A DNA stretch of 64,000 nt, from the NCBI GenBank assembly GCA_051362555.1, contig CM120640.1:70906788-70970787 (forward strand), written 5' to 3'. Numbering within the stretch: position 1 is the first letter of the stretch; every line of letters starts with the position of its first letter. Below, one piece after another: positions 44,213 to 55,832 of the stretch. The notes under the pieces are model-generated. The model worked only from the letters and a program-made list of their open reading frames with translations, ran no database searches and was not told the origin of the DNA. The DNA is from Lingula anatina. Its lineage: Eukaryota; Animalia; Brachiopoda. The position numbers were made by a program, and so were the translations under genes.

Positions 44213-46181
44213 CTAGAGGATCAGAGAGGCGATACCGCCTCCGGATATTGTACCACCAGCTGGAGTAAGCGCATTCGTATGGACCCCCCCCCCCCCCTTC
44301 CAAAAAGGGACACCATCACCAGTCTTGTGCTTGACAAGCTCTATAAGATTTTCGAATTGACTTGCATTTTCCTACCCTTGATCACTCCTGTATTCTCTAG
44401 ACAAAAGGCCTATTGGTTTTCCTTGAAAAGTGTTGTTAATGGTGCATATGTGCTGACAAAAGAGAAAACCTAGGGGCAACAAGGGGCACATCTCTGCTAG
44501 TTTTAAAGATATGAGAGGCAAGAAAATATGCAAAGCTCAGTTCATGGTGAAAAAGTAGGTCAAAGGTCAATTTCAATATCATAGTTTATGAATTTCTATT
44601 CAAGTTCAATAGCAACCATGGGCATTTCTTTGCCAATTTTGCAGATTTAAAGGCCTGAAAACATGCAAAAAGCAGTTCATCATAAAAAGTAGGTCAAAGG
44701 TCAATTTCAAGGTCACAGATTGCTAGTGTATTACTTCCTATTCAAGTTCAATAGTAACTATGGACCTATCTCTGTCAGTTTTAGAGATAAAGGAGAAAGA
44801 AAATTTGCAAAGTTCAGTTCATAGTAAAAAGATGGTCAAAGGTCAATTTTAAGGTCACAGTAAATTGCCAGTATATGACTTACTACATGTACTTAAGTTC
44901 AATAGTAACTATGGACCTATCTCTGCCAGTTTTGGAGATAAAAGGGAATGAAAATTTGCAAAGTTCAGTTCATGGTGAAAAGTAGGTCAAAGGTCAATTT
45001 AAAGGTCACAGTAAATTGCCTCTGACTTTCTATTCAAATTCAATAGTAACTATGGGCGTATCTTTGCCAGTTTTGGAGATAAAAGGGAACAAAAATTTGC
45101 AAAGTTCAGTTCATGGTAAAAAGTAGGTCAAAGGTCAAATTTAAGGTCACAGTAAATTGCCAGTATATGACTTCCTATTCAAGTTCAATAGTAACTTTGA
45201 ACCTATCTCTGCCAGTTTTGGAGATAAAAGGGAACGAAAATTTGCAAAGTTCAATTCATGGTGAAAAGTAGGTCAAAGGTCAATTTTATGGTCACTGTTA
45301 AATTGCCAGTAAGTGACTTCCTATTCAACTTTAATAGTAACTATTGACCTATCTCTGCCAGTTTTGGAGATATAATGTTACAATTCTGAGTTACAATAAT
45401 GTGCCACCACAATGTACTTTTTAATACAGCATAACACGAAAACCGTATGAAATACAAAAAAACGAAGACCACATGTAATGTTGGGCTTTACATGCTCTAC
45501 AAAATGCAAAAAAGAACAGGTCGCTAGCATTAACGGTTCCCGAATTAAAGACAGTTTTCAGTTTCGGTATCTTATGGCCGCTTCTCCCGTGAAAATGCAC
45601 CAATTGACCCCAAATTCACGACCCAAAGGGTAACACTTTCCAATAATATTATTGGTTAAGTCTGTGTAGTGTCTGAATAACAGCGCAAATAATATTTTTT
45701 TCGTAAAAAATTTCATTTTTTTGAAAATTTTGGCCTGTTTGACCTTGAAATAAAGGTCAAAGGTCAAATCCAAGGGCATATTTGAAATCTACACATATGA
45801 CTTTTGGAAAGCCGTCTGTAGAAATTTTTCCCATAATTCCTTCCGTAGGGTAGATAATTGGCATTGAATTTTCAAAAATTTTGACAAGGGTGCATTTCAA
45901 CAAGCGTCACGCCCAGGTTAATGCACCGACTGAGACAAAAAAATCTGGGGGTTCAAGTTGAGGTTATATGTGACCTAAATCCAAGAGATGGGGACAGGGG
46001 TCCTTGCGGTCTAGGAGGAGAAGCGGTAACAGTGACTTGTATCCGGCGCCAGTACGCGGAGCCGGCGGAGCTTACGGAGCCGGCGGAGCCAACGGAGCCG
46101 GCGGAGCCGGCGGAGCCGGACGAGACGGGTCGGGACTAAAACCATGAGTACCGCCAGCGTACACGCTGGTGGTACTAATAA
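44213..46181 (-). mobile_element. Helentron/HINE element, copy 2 (inverted relative to copy 1)
   Basis: Reverse complement of the copy 1 termini (CTAGAGGATCAGAGAGGCGATACCGCCTCCGGATATTGTACCACCAGC ... GCTGGTGGTAC); GGAGCCGGC microsatellite at ~46055-46120; ~6 units of the 146-bp repeat at ~44490-45375. Confidence 0.88.
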
Positions 46182-46319
46182 TACCTGCTGGGCATAAGAT
46201 CAAATTAATTTTGTCATAATGCAACACTTGTGACAGGTTTTTTAAATAAACTGTACAAGTGCAAAAGGGAATCTTAACTGGCCCAGTGACTATAACTGTG
46301 ACCTGTCATTAAGATATAC

Positions 46320-47380
46320 CAAGATCTGTTTGGCAAACATCTCCCTCAAAGTTAGATCTGCAACAGTCGTACTAGCCTACGTGGTGATGGACGACCAGAG
46401 TAATTGGTCTCTGGCCAAGTTAGAAATGTTTCACAGGTTGGGCGTAGATACAGAGCTGGTTCCTTTCTCCATGACCACCTTTTGTGGCAAGTCCCAGATT
46501 GTTAATAGGCAAGCTGAACATCTTGTAGTTGAAGCCATAAATGGATCGACAAAGATATTTCTACCAACCACACTGGAATGTACCGACATTCCAGACAATA
46601 GAAATGAAAGTCCAGGTCCTCAGGTGGCAGCGCACCACACCCATTTACACCACTTGACAGCCCAAATTCCAGAGATAAACCTAAAGGCTGATATTCTACT
46701 GTTACTTGGTTGAGATGTGCTGCAAGCCCACAAGATAAGGGAATCAAGAAACGGACCCAATGATGCACCATGGGCCCAGCGCCTCAATTGGAGATGTGTC
46801 ATTCTTGGGGAAGTGTGTACTGGAAATGTGCATCGCATTCCCCAGGTCAGCACATTTCGTTCTAACATTACAGAAAAAGGCAGACCAACTCTGACCTGTG
46901 GATGCATTGAATGACCATCACAGAGAGATACATAGAAAAGTATGGCTATGGATATTTCAGGGACAATATCGGCAAAGACATTTATGTCTGCACAGAAGTT
47001 GACAATGAGAATGGGACCAGTATTTAAGGTAGCATGGAAGACAGGGAATTCATGCATCTCATGACAGAAGAAATGCCGCATGTGGAGACTGGCCACTTAA
47101 TCACTCCCTTGCCATTTAAATCTGACAGGAAGACCCTACCAAGCAACAAGGAGAGGGTATACCAAAGCCTAAGATCTCTCTCCAAGAGCCTTAAGAGAAA
47201 TCATGAGTTGAAAAAACATGTCAAATTCATGAGTACTATGCTAGAGACAGTTCACGCAGAGCCAGCGCCCCCTGTGAGTCCAAGCCAAGAGGCGTAGTAC
47301 TCGCCAAATTTTACATTTTGGTGTTTACCATCCAAAGAAGCCAGGAAAGAAAAGGGTAGTATTTAATTCAAGTGACAAGT
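46320..47380 (+). pseudogene. BEL/Pao LTR retrotransposon pol remnant
   Basis: YVVMDDQSNWSL (protease-like), ILLLLG, NGPNDAPWAQRL, PLPFK, HFGVYHPKKPGKKRVVFNSS; contains stops and frameshifts. Confidence 0.8.
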
Positions 47381-47476
47381 CCCATTCTCTGGACTGGCAC
47401 CTTACAAACTTCATAAGTCAGACAAATCTAACAAGCATAACAAGGTCCAGTCTTTTATGAATTCAAACTGCTAATA

Positions 47477-47486
47477 CAGGGTGACA

Positions 47487-47522
<36 letters not shown>

Positions 47523-47958
47523 TCATCACCTAAACTTGAATAACTTTTGAAATAAATAATCAACTCCTTTTATTTTTCAGATTTATCAAGAAATATTAAT
47601 GTTGTAAGAGTCTACCAAATTCGACCTTTGAGATGCCATGGACTACTGAGGAAAAGACATTTATAGTTGAGGCATATTTTCAGTTGAAGTCTATCCACGC
47701 AGCTCAATTGCAATTCAAAGAACGGTTCAGATGTCGAGAATTTCCTGTCCACTCAATGATCTACAGATGGGTCAACAAGTTCAGAACCCATGGGACTGTG
47801 CATAACCTCAATTGTAAAGACACTAACAGACAATCACACTCTGGACGACCGAAATCATCAAGGACACCACACAACATTGCTGCAGTCAGAGAAAATATGC
47901 CTCAACTATAAATGTCTTTTCCTCAAGTAGTCCATGGCATCTCAAAGGTCGAATTTGG
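47477..47958 (+). mobile_element. Tc1/mariner 5' fragment (HTH N-terminus) ending in an inverted copy of its own start region
   Basis: TA|CAGGGTGACACAAAA terminus; ORF 47633-47911 MPWTTEEKTFIVEAYF...IYRWVNKFRTHGTV...SGRPKSSRT; 47891-47958 is the reverse complement of 47615-47681. Confidence 0.8.
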
Positions 47959-48249
47959 CTCACAGGCACTTGGCTGTAACATGGGCATGACGAGCATTCC
48001 AACAAAAAAAGACATGTTATACTACTATTAAAGAGTGGTCAATTGTGTGCAGATATCGAGTGCTATGACAGAAGAAGAATTGGAGATTGGTTCTGAGCTG
48101 TGATAAATATGTCCTGCAATTATTTCCCCTTTGGCATTCCATAGTTGTCTATACTTTCATGTAAGGTATATAAACCATACATTTTACTTGTTTCATTCAC
48201 TCTATGTTGCCTATTTGAGCTGCCAACATGTCTTTGTCACTAAATGCTT

Positions 48250-48800
48250 TGAGAGTCAGAAAACATAGAGAAAAAATGAAAAATGGTCCAGAGTAATTCA
48301 TTTCTTTGAAAGAAAAATGTGCTAAAAGAAAGAAATTAGAAAGAGCAAACTTGAGTGAGGACTTGGAAGAGAGACGCAGAAAGGACAGAGAATGAAAACA
48401 AGCAGCTAAAAGGAAAAAATTACAGAGTAAATTTTCTACACCTGAAAGCAACACTTGCCCAGTGTACCAAAATAGAAGTTCCTTGGGAAAAGCTACCAGG
48501 AGAGTGAAACAAGCATTGCCAAAGTCACCAAGAAAATAAAGTGTCATCTTAGCTAATATTTACAAGAACATGTCTCCAAAGAGAAATAAAATGTTTGATG
48601 AAAACGCCAAATCACCAGGTACCAAGCGAAGCCTGTATGGTAAAGATGAAAGTGAGAAAAGACAACCAAGAAGTGACAAATTATCAGAACAGACTGTAGA
48701 AAAGGTGACAGACTTTTTCTTACAAGATGATATAAGTAGAATATGCCCAAGCAGGAAAGATAAATATACTCCTATGGCAGTTAAGGCAAAAAAAGTGGGG
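48250..48800 (+). pseudogene. Degenerate ORF of an unclassified DNA transposon
   Basis: Basic K/R-rich segment, SLGKATRRVKQALPKSPRK and VTDFFLQDDISRICPSRKD, of a kind commonly seen in invertebrate TE ORFs; contains stops. Confidence 0.45.
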
Positions 48801-48822
48801 ACCTAGGATCCTATGTATCTAA

Positions 48823-49867
48823 CAGGCATGAGATTTTTCCGTCTTTTGGCGGAATTCCGACTTTTTTCCTTCAAAAATGTCATTTTTTATATCATTGCAA
48901 ATCCGTTGAGAAAATTTCAGGGGGGGGGGGGGGGGGGGTAGGGGTACCCTTCCCTTCCCCGGCGAGACCCTTCACTCATCGGCACTCGCATGTTTTCAAT
49001 TTTGACCTTGCCGAAAAACGTTACCAACCGTACATATATATCGATTCTGGGACGCACTGTTATAAAGGGGGAAACTTTTGCGACATCTATACGACATTTA
49101 TACAGTCACTGAATGCAATTACCGTAAAACGGCCTGTATCCTGTTCATATAGCGCTGCGCGGTTTTTTCCATGTGGTATCGTGTGTCGCTTTTGCGTTTT
49201 GGAAAATGAAGCTACTTGAGGCCGGTGTAAACGACGATAGAGTCAGAGAAATCGATAAAGGGATTAAGAATAAATTCAGGTAGGTTGTTTTACTAGATCA
49301 GTTGTGTGTATGTCGTATGAAGACATTGAACTTGCATTTGAAAATTTTCATGTTTTGAGTTGTCGACTTGTCGCTCGTTTAAAATTGTGCCCAACTGTTG
49401 AATCACTAAATCTACTGATCGTCTGATGTGATGACGGTGTTGTCACTAGTAATAGTATAAACGATAGTTGTACTAGATCTATGACATGGTTTAAACGTAC
49501 ATCAACAGAATTAAATGCTGAATTAGAGATCAGTAACGTTCTCACTCAGTCACTGGTGTGTGTGTGTGTGTGTCACTGAGTGTGTGTGTGTGTGTGTGTT
49601 ACTGTATTATAGTGTATACTGTCAATCAAACTATTCCTACATGTATAGGCCTAGCCTATAACTACAGTAATTTAAAACAAGGTAATGCATCTGTAAGCGA
49701 CTTATAATTTAGTTTAATATAATCTAGACTCTAGATCAAATTGATATCTAGATTCTATACTATCAACCCTATACTAGGCCTATCTACCGGTAATCTGCGA
49801 TGTATAATTGTACATGTAACATACATGTAAAAATTGTAACATAAAAATGAGACCATGCATGAATATC

Positions 49868-49916
<49 letters not shown>

Positions 49917-52700
49917 GTTGTATGGTTTAGTGTGTCTGTATGGCTTAACATAAACACACACATGCATACACACACATGCATTAGGTATGTGTGCAACATG
50001 TTTGTGGTTTTATCTGTTATAATTATTGCATAATTATTTAATATGTACTCTATAGTTTAATTAGACTACTTTCATTTTTCAAAATTAGCCACAATTATTG
50101 CTTGCTTGTTTATTGATGTCTCTGTAATATGTTGTATTTACATGTATCTTCCTTTTCTTATTGTGTTTAGATGGGATTGGTTGTCAAAGACTGTAACTGT
50201 GACACTTGGTAATGAAGATGTTAGAATGGTCATGAGTGATTTCATCAAGAAGACAGATGAACCAGGAAAAGCGTTTTGTGTATGGTGCAGTGACACACTT
50301 AACTACCAGAGTCGTGGCTATAAATGTTTAGAAAAACATGCTTTCAGTAAAAAGCACATAGAACGCTTGAAGACAAGAAGAACGACTTACAGCCTAGGGT
50401 CATTTGGCGCTGTACCTGTGGTATCATCTAAACCAACATCTGCCCCTGCCACTGCAACTGGCTCGACACAACAAGCAGCTTCAAAACAAGCGGTGCCTTT
50501 GTGTGATAGAGTTTCAAATATGCAGGTACTCATTTTTTTCCCATATTTGTTAGTCTAGTGTTTATAATAATGATAATAATAATAATGTAGTTTAGGTTTT
50601 ATATTTTGTTTAATGCACATGTGACCATGGTGACAGAGAATTATATAGTGTTTCAGTTAATAAAGATTTGTTTTTTAATACAATGGTTTATCTATATTCA
50701 GTATCACTCTCGAAATACCAATAATTTAAACAACTTTAATTGAGATAAAATTCATATAGAAAACTTTTTATGACAGAAAATTCCTTTTCCAATAGTAAAT
50801 AACATTTGTATCATTTTCAGTTCATATATATTTTTAATTACATAAAAGTTTATTTCCATTTTTCCAGGCTATGTACCTAGCAGTCTTAGCAGAGTTTTCT
50901 TTGCCACTGTCAATGATGCCCATCCTGATTGAACTGTCAAAGGCTTCAAACCAAGACCGCAAAGCTTTGGATCGACTATCAATGGATCGTACTTCAGCAT
51001 CCTATAAAATGAAATATGGACTTGCAGAATGGTTCCACGAGCAGACTGTGAGTGAGTTGAAAACTGAATTTTTCTCCTTGAACATTGACGAGAGCACAAG
51101 CAGCAACTTGCAACGTGTCCTATCAATACTAGTGAGTTACTACTCCCCTTCAAGAAAACGTGTCGTTGTTCAACATTTACACTCAACCAGTGTAATCAAA
51201 GTTGATTCTCTGTCAATTTTCAATCATATTGTGGATGTCTTTGACCGAAATGAAATTCCATGGCAAAATCTAGTGTCCGTACTTCTTGACTCATGCAATG
51301 TGATGAGGGGTTCTAAAAGCGGTGTAGAATCTAGGCTGCGGGCAGAAAAGGCACGTCATCTCCTTGATGTAGATGGAGACTCCTGTCACCACATTCACAA
51401 CGCCACACACAAATTTTGCAAACCCTTTGATTATTGGATCGAACAACTCCTCCATGACTTGTACAATGACATGAAGTGGTCAACGGATATAAGAGAATGG
51501 TTCACAGAAATCTGTCTGTTGCTTGGGCTCAAATTCACCATGCCCGAAAGATTTGTGAACCACAGATGGTTGTCCTGCTTTGATGTATCTTCTGGCACTC
51601 AACGTTTGTTCGATGCATACACTGTATTCTACTATAGTTTCATCCCGAAAGATGAGAAACCACTGTACACCAGTGTTGTGGCTTCCATTCTGTCCCACAG
51701 AAACATTAATCCAGAAGCCAAGACTCGAATTCGTGAGCTGCAAACCGAAATATCCAACAAGGTGAAAACTTTAATGGCTGATGGCAAGAAGAGGAAAGAG
51801 CGTCTTGTTGAACGTCTTTTTTACAACAGACGGAAGACCAGACTTATTCTGTCCTTCTACATTGCAGTGTTGCCAATGTTGAAGAGTTATGGGTGCCTGT
51901 TCGAATTGAAAGAGCCTATGATACACCTCCTGCATAATCAGCAAGAAGAGTTATTCAGAAATTTTCTGTCCTGCTTTGTAAAGCCTGAAGTGCTGCAGAA
52001 CCTGACCGCTAAGAAAATGAAAGAACTGTCCATTTCTGATGAAGTATTGCTAGATGAAAAAGACATGTTCTTTGGCAAAACAGCGACAAGTCTCATGGAG
52101 ATGCACAGAAAGGATTCTGGAGTGGTGCAGTTTAAACACCAAGCAAAGCAAGCCTATGTTTCCTGTGCTGTTTACATGCAGAAGAAGTTGCCGCTGGACA
52201 GTACTCTACTGCGCTGCTTGTCAGCTTTGAATCCAAAGGTTCGAGGAGGAACAACTACACTGAAGAGGCTTAAGAAACTCCCAATACTACTCCCAAATGT
52301 CTTAAATGATGAACAAGCAGAGGAGTTTGGTAGAGAAATCCACAACTACAATGTAAGTGGCAGTCTTCCCCCCTTCAATGAAGATGGAAAACCACTGAGG
52401 CTAGATGTGTGGTTCTCGAAACTCTTCGAAGATAACAGCTATCCAGCACTGTACAAAATTGTGCGTGCCATCCTCTCCATTTTTCATGGACCTCAGGTGG
52501 AGTCAAGTTTTAATGTCATGGGTGACATCATAGACTCTAGATCAGGACGCATGAATATTGAGACGTACAACAGTATAAGTGTTAAAGCGGGTGTTTATAA
52601 AAGTCAGAGAAAGAACGAGGCGCCACACATTGTTCGGCTGTCGATTGACAAGACCGCGAAGAGGATTGAAAATCCCTTTTGTACGTGTAAGGCTGGGTAA
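48823..52700 (+). mobile_element. hAT-superfamily element: left end plus spliced transposase gene (exons 49206-49279, 50171-50525, 50868-52700); right end missing
   Basis: CAGGCATGAG terminus; the exons join in phase (KNKFR|WDWL); BED-type finger CVWC...H...H; catalytic NIDES, LLDSC, CHHIH, QVESSF; C-terminal dimerisation-like LDVWF...YPALYK. Confidence 0.85.
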
Positions 52701-53284
52701 GTGTGTTACTTACAACTCATTATTTATCGTTTCTTTTACTTGTGAGTCGTGTGTATAGTTATTTTACATTGCCTTATTGAATCGAACGAGAACGCCCCAT
52801 GCCCGCATATACACGTACATGTATATATATATATATATATTCCAAAAAAAGCATGTATTAGACCGAATGTAATTAAAATGTATGAAATATTTTCAACGAA
52901 AAATAAGAAAAAACTGAATAATTTGTACAAATTCATTAGTATTGTGAATAAGGGGGTCAAGCCTTCAGGTTGATGTATATATATATATATACTCTCTAAA
53001 CAGTAAATGAGAAAAAACTATTTCTGATTTCTGATTTCTAGTAAGTCCAAGTCTGGTCTGAATGTGTGTGGGGAGATAATTGCTTTGCCACTTCAGTTGA
53101 TTTTAGACCAATTATAGTCTTACTCACTGCAGTTTAAGTTTGTTTTTAGTCTTAAGACTAAATTAAGAGTCCCTCCTTAATTTTTAAGACTGCCTTTACT
53201 TATTACTGGCCCATAACTTAATACCTAATCTATTATAATATTAAAATAATAAATTAATAAAAAAACAGGATCAGTAGTTGTGCC

Positions 53285-53550
53285 TGTCACAGCTGCGAGC
53301 ACCTACTCCCCCCGAGTCCCACGGGTACAGGAGGAGATTTTCCCTTCCCCACGGAGGATAGAGGACTTGTCGGATGGCTAGGCACTGACACAGCCCAGAA
53401 GGCACAGTCCTTCAAGGTAAAATGGAGAGGAGTGTAGTGCCTAGGGGTCAAGAGATGACCCGGAAATGTGTCATAGCGCATGCGCAGGGGTTCCGTAGAG
53501 GCGAGTTCGAGAGAGTAGCTGAAGCGAGGACGTCTCTGAATATTGTGACA
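53285..53550. mobile_element. LTR-like fragment (TGTCACA...TGTGACA)
   Basis: GC-rich segment with 7-bp inverted TG...CA ends; no matching TSD. Confidence 0.35.
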
Positions 53551-53639
53551 AGATAACGTGAAGAAATCGTGGAGTTGGCAGACCATCTAGCCAAGGTAAG
53601 ACCACTTTTGTACTGTTGACCCGCTGATACATAGCCCCG

Positions 53640-53930
53640 GTGCTATACTAGCAAGATCTCCACCAACACTCAAAAGACCTGCTGAGCATGAGCCAAGCAA
53701 AGTCAAGACGAAACGTGGAAAACGTAACTGTGTGTACTGTACAAGGTTGGGCATTACAACATCATCTGGCAAGCGAATACAGACATCCTGGGAATGTACA
53801 ACTTGTGCTGTTGCCTTGTGCAAAGACAGAGGTTGCTTTGCAAGGTCCCATAATAATGTAAACTAATCTCTGAATTATTATCAGACATAAAACTGACAAA
53901 CTTGGCCAGGCCTGGTGCGACCTGGTTAAA
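53640..53930 (+). pseudogene. piggyBac transposase C-terminal cysteine-rich domain and probable right end
   Basis: KRNCVYC...TSWECTTCAVALCKDRGCFARSH, stop at 53864-53866; GG|TTAA about 60 bp downstream. Confidence 0.75.
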
Positions 53931-54876
53931 GGATCAGAGTGGTTAGAAAGGTCCTCTCTAACCTGCGGGTGCCAATGCCCTTTTTTCAACAAAGTTATTA
54001 CACATGCAAATCTGGTGCCAATGGCAGACGTAAACATGTGGTAGCTGTCCTTTTTTTTACTTAAATGACTTGAAGCTAAGTGGTGCCACAGAGGTCCACG
54101 GTGAGGTAGCTTGTACAGAGAAACCGAGATAGTAGGGTAAGGTTAAATCAAAGAAAAAGGTCTGTAACTCCTTTTCAGACCTGTCATTAGTTAAATATGT
54201 ACCTGGTAAGGAGCCCAGAAAGTCAGAAGAGGAGAAATGATTGTGATGTTTTGGCCCATAGTCATACCTGCCAACCCTTATGATTTGGGCAAAAAGTTTC
54301 AGACTTTACATCAGGGAATGCTGCTTTAGATTTTTTACTCTGTAACTTACTACTTTTGATTCAATAAAAATTTTTAAAAAATTGTTTAATGTACTTGCAT
54401 CATAATTTGATGTTAGATGATGTGATCAAATTTTCTGTAGTCAAGGAGCCAGTGTTCAACAGAACATCTCATGAGTATAAAAGTGATCAATTTTTTGTGT
54501 GAATGTGGAGTTTTAACCTTGAATATGACTTCATCTATTACATAATATAACTTTCATGAGAAGAAAAATTGCTGTCCCTGCAACAGGCTTATGTCATACC
54601 ACAGAAATATTCTAGACTAGAATAATAAAATCTTAAAGAACTTACAGCAGCTGCCTTATCACTACCACAAAACATGTCACTATTAACAATTTCTGTGTGG
54701 CAATTTAAAATTAAATTGTCATAAATTATAAAATAGCACCATGGTTTTGATTCTTATCAAACTCCCTTAAAATAACAATATCAAGATTTATTTTTTTTTG
54801 TCCAATTGTTTAGGCAGTCCATTTGCAATGAGTCTTGCAAAATTATTTTAAAATAAAAACTTGATTGGTACCTTAA

Positions 54877-55213
54877 AGGGATAACAACTGTTCATTTTGG
54901 CAAAAAAAGTGAATTTTCCTGGGGTAATGGACAAATTTTCCATACTTACCAATTGTAAATGAATCCATTCCCACATTCAAAATTGGTCCGTTTTTTTTTC
55001 TAAAAAGTTTGTTTTTTTGTTATAATCTCTTAAGAGATTATTACAGAGTGTAGCCACCTATGGAGGTCACGTGATGTGATGGCAAGCACAAATTCCAAAA
55101 TAATTGTTTTAACCGCCGTTTTGGGGGTAAAATAGGATTTATTGTATTTCTGTAAGTTATTTATAATGTATTTATTGTGAAATATGGATATCTTACGAAA
55201 GGTTGTTATCTCT
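54877..55213. mobile_element. Kolobok-like non-autonomous element
   Basis: TTAA on both sides; TIR AGGGATAACAAC / GTTGTTATCTCT; a related partial copy lies at ~28813-28971. Confidence 0.75.
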
Positions 55214-55832
55214 TTAAAATCATAGGGAGTAAATTTAGTAAATTTTAAGTTTGCTTAGCACAGTACGACATAAATAAGACTTGTTAAAAATAATACCTTA
55301 CCACAGATGACAATTATTTAACAAAAGCTGAAAATTTTCTTCCAACCATAAGCTTGCAGCCAACAAGGTTGTCCGTCTTCATCAGCCTGACGCAAAATTT
55401 TCACCTTGTGCTAAACAGTCATCTATGATCCAACTACTAAACTAATGAATAATGCAACTGAACAGTGGGTTGAATAAAAGTGGACATAATAAATAATCCA
55501 AGAGTTATCATAATGAAAATGTGATATAAATGTGATCCATTTTCGTGGACCAGTGCATGCCAGTACCCAGTCTTGGATATGCATTTTAAAGGCCCAGTTA
55601 GATTAAATTTGCTACAAAGTGAGCTTCTATGCAAAAGATCTGAGAAATTTGACTTATTCTATCTATTATGCCTTCGACTTATTCTATCTATTATGCCAAT
55701 CACCCCACCTCTAAGGGTGGTATTTTTTTATGTACAGCTTTTATAGAGATTCTGTGAAAAATAGAACTATTATGAATTATTGCACAATAACTGTGACTGG
55801 TTAATGTCAAACCTGAAATATCTTCCAAGACG

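Noticed and set aside
45921-46139. ORF with AEP repeats
   Set aside because: Translation of the HINE GGAGCCGGC microsatellite.
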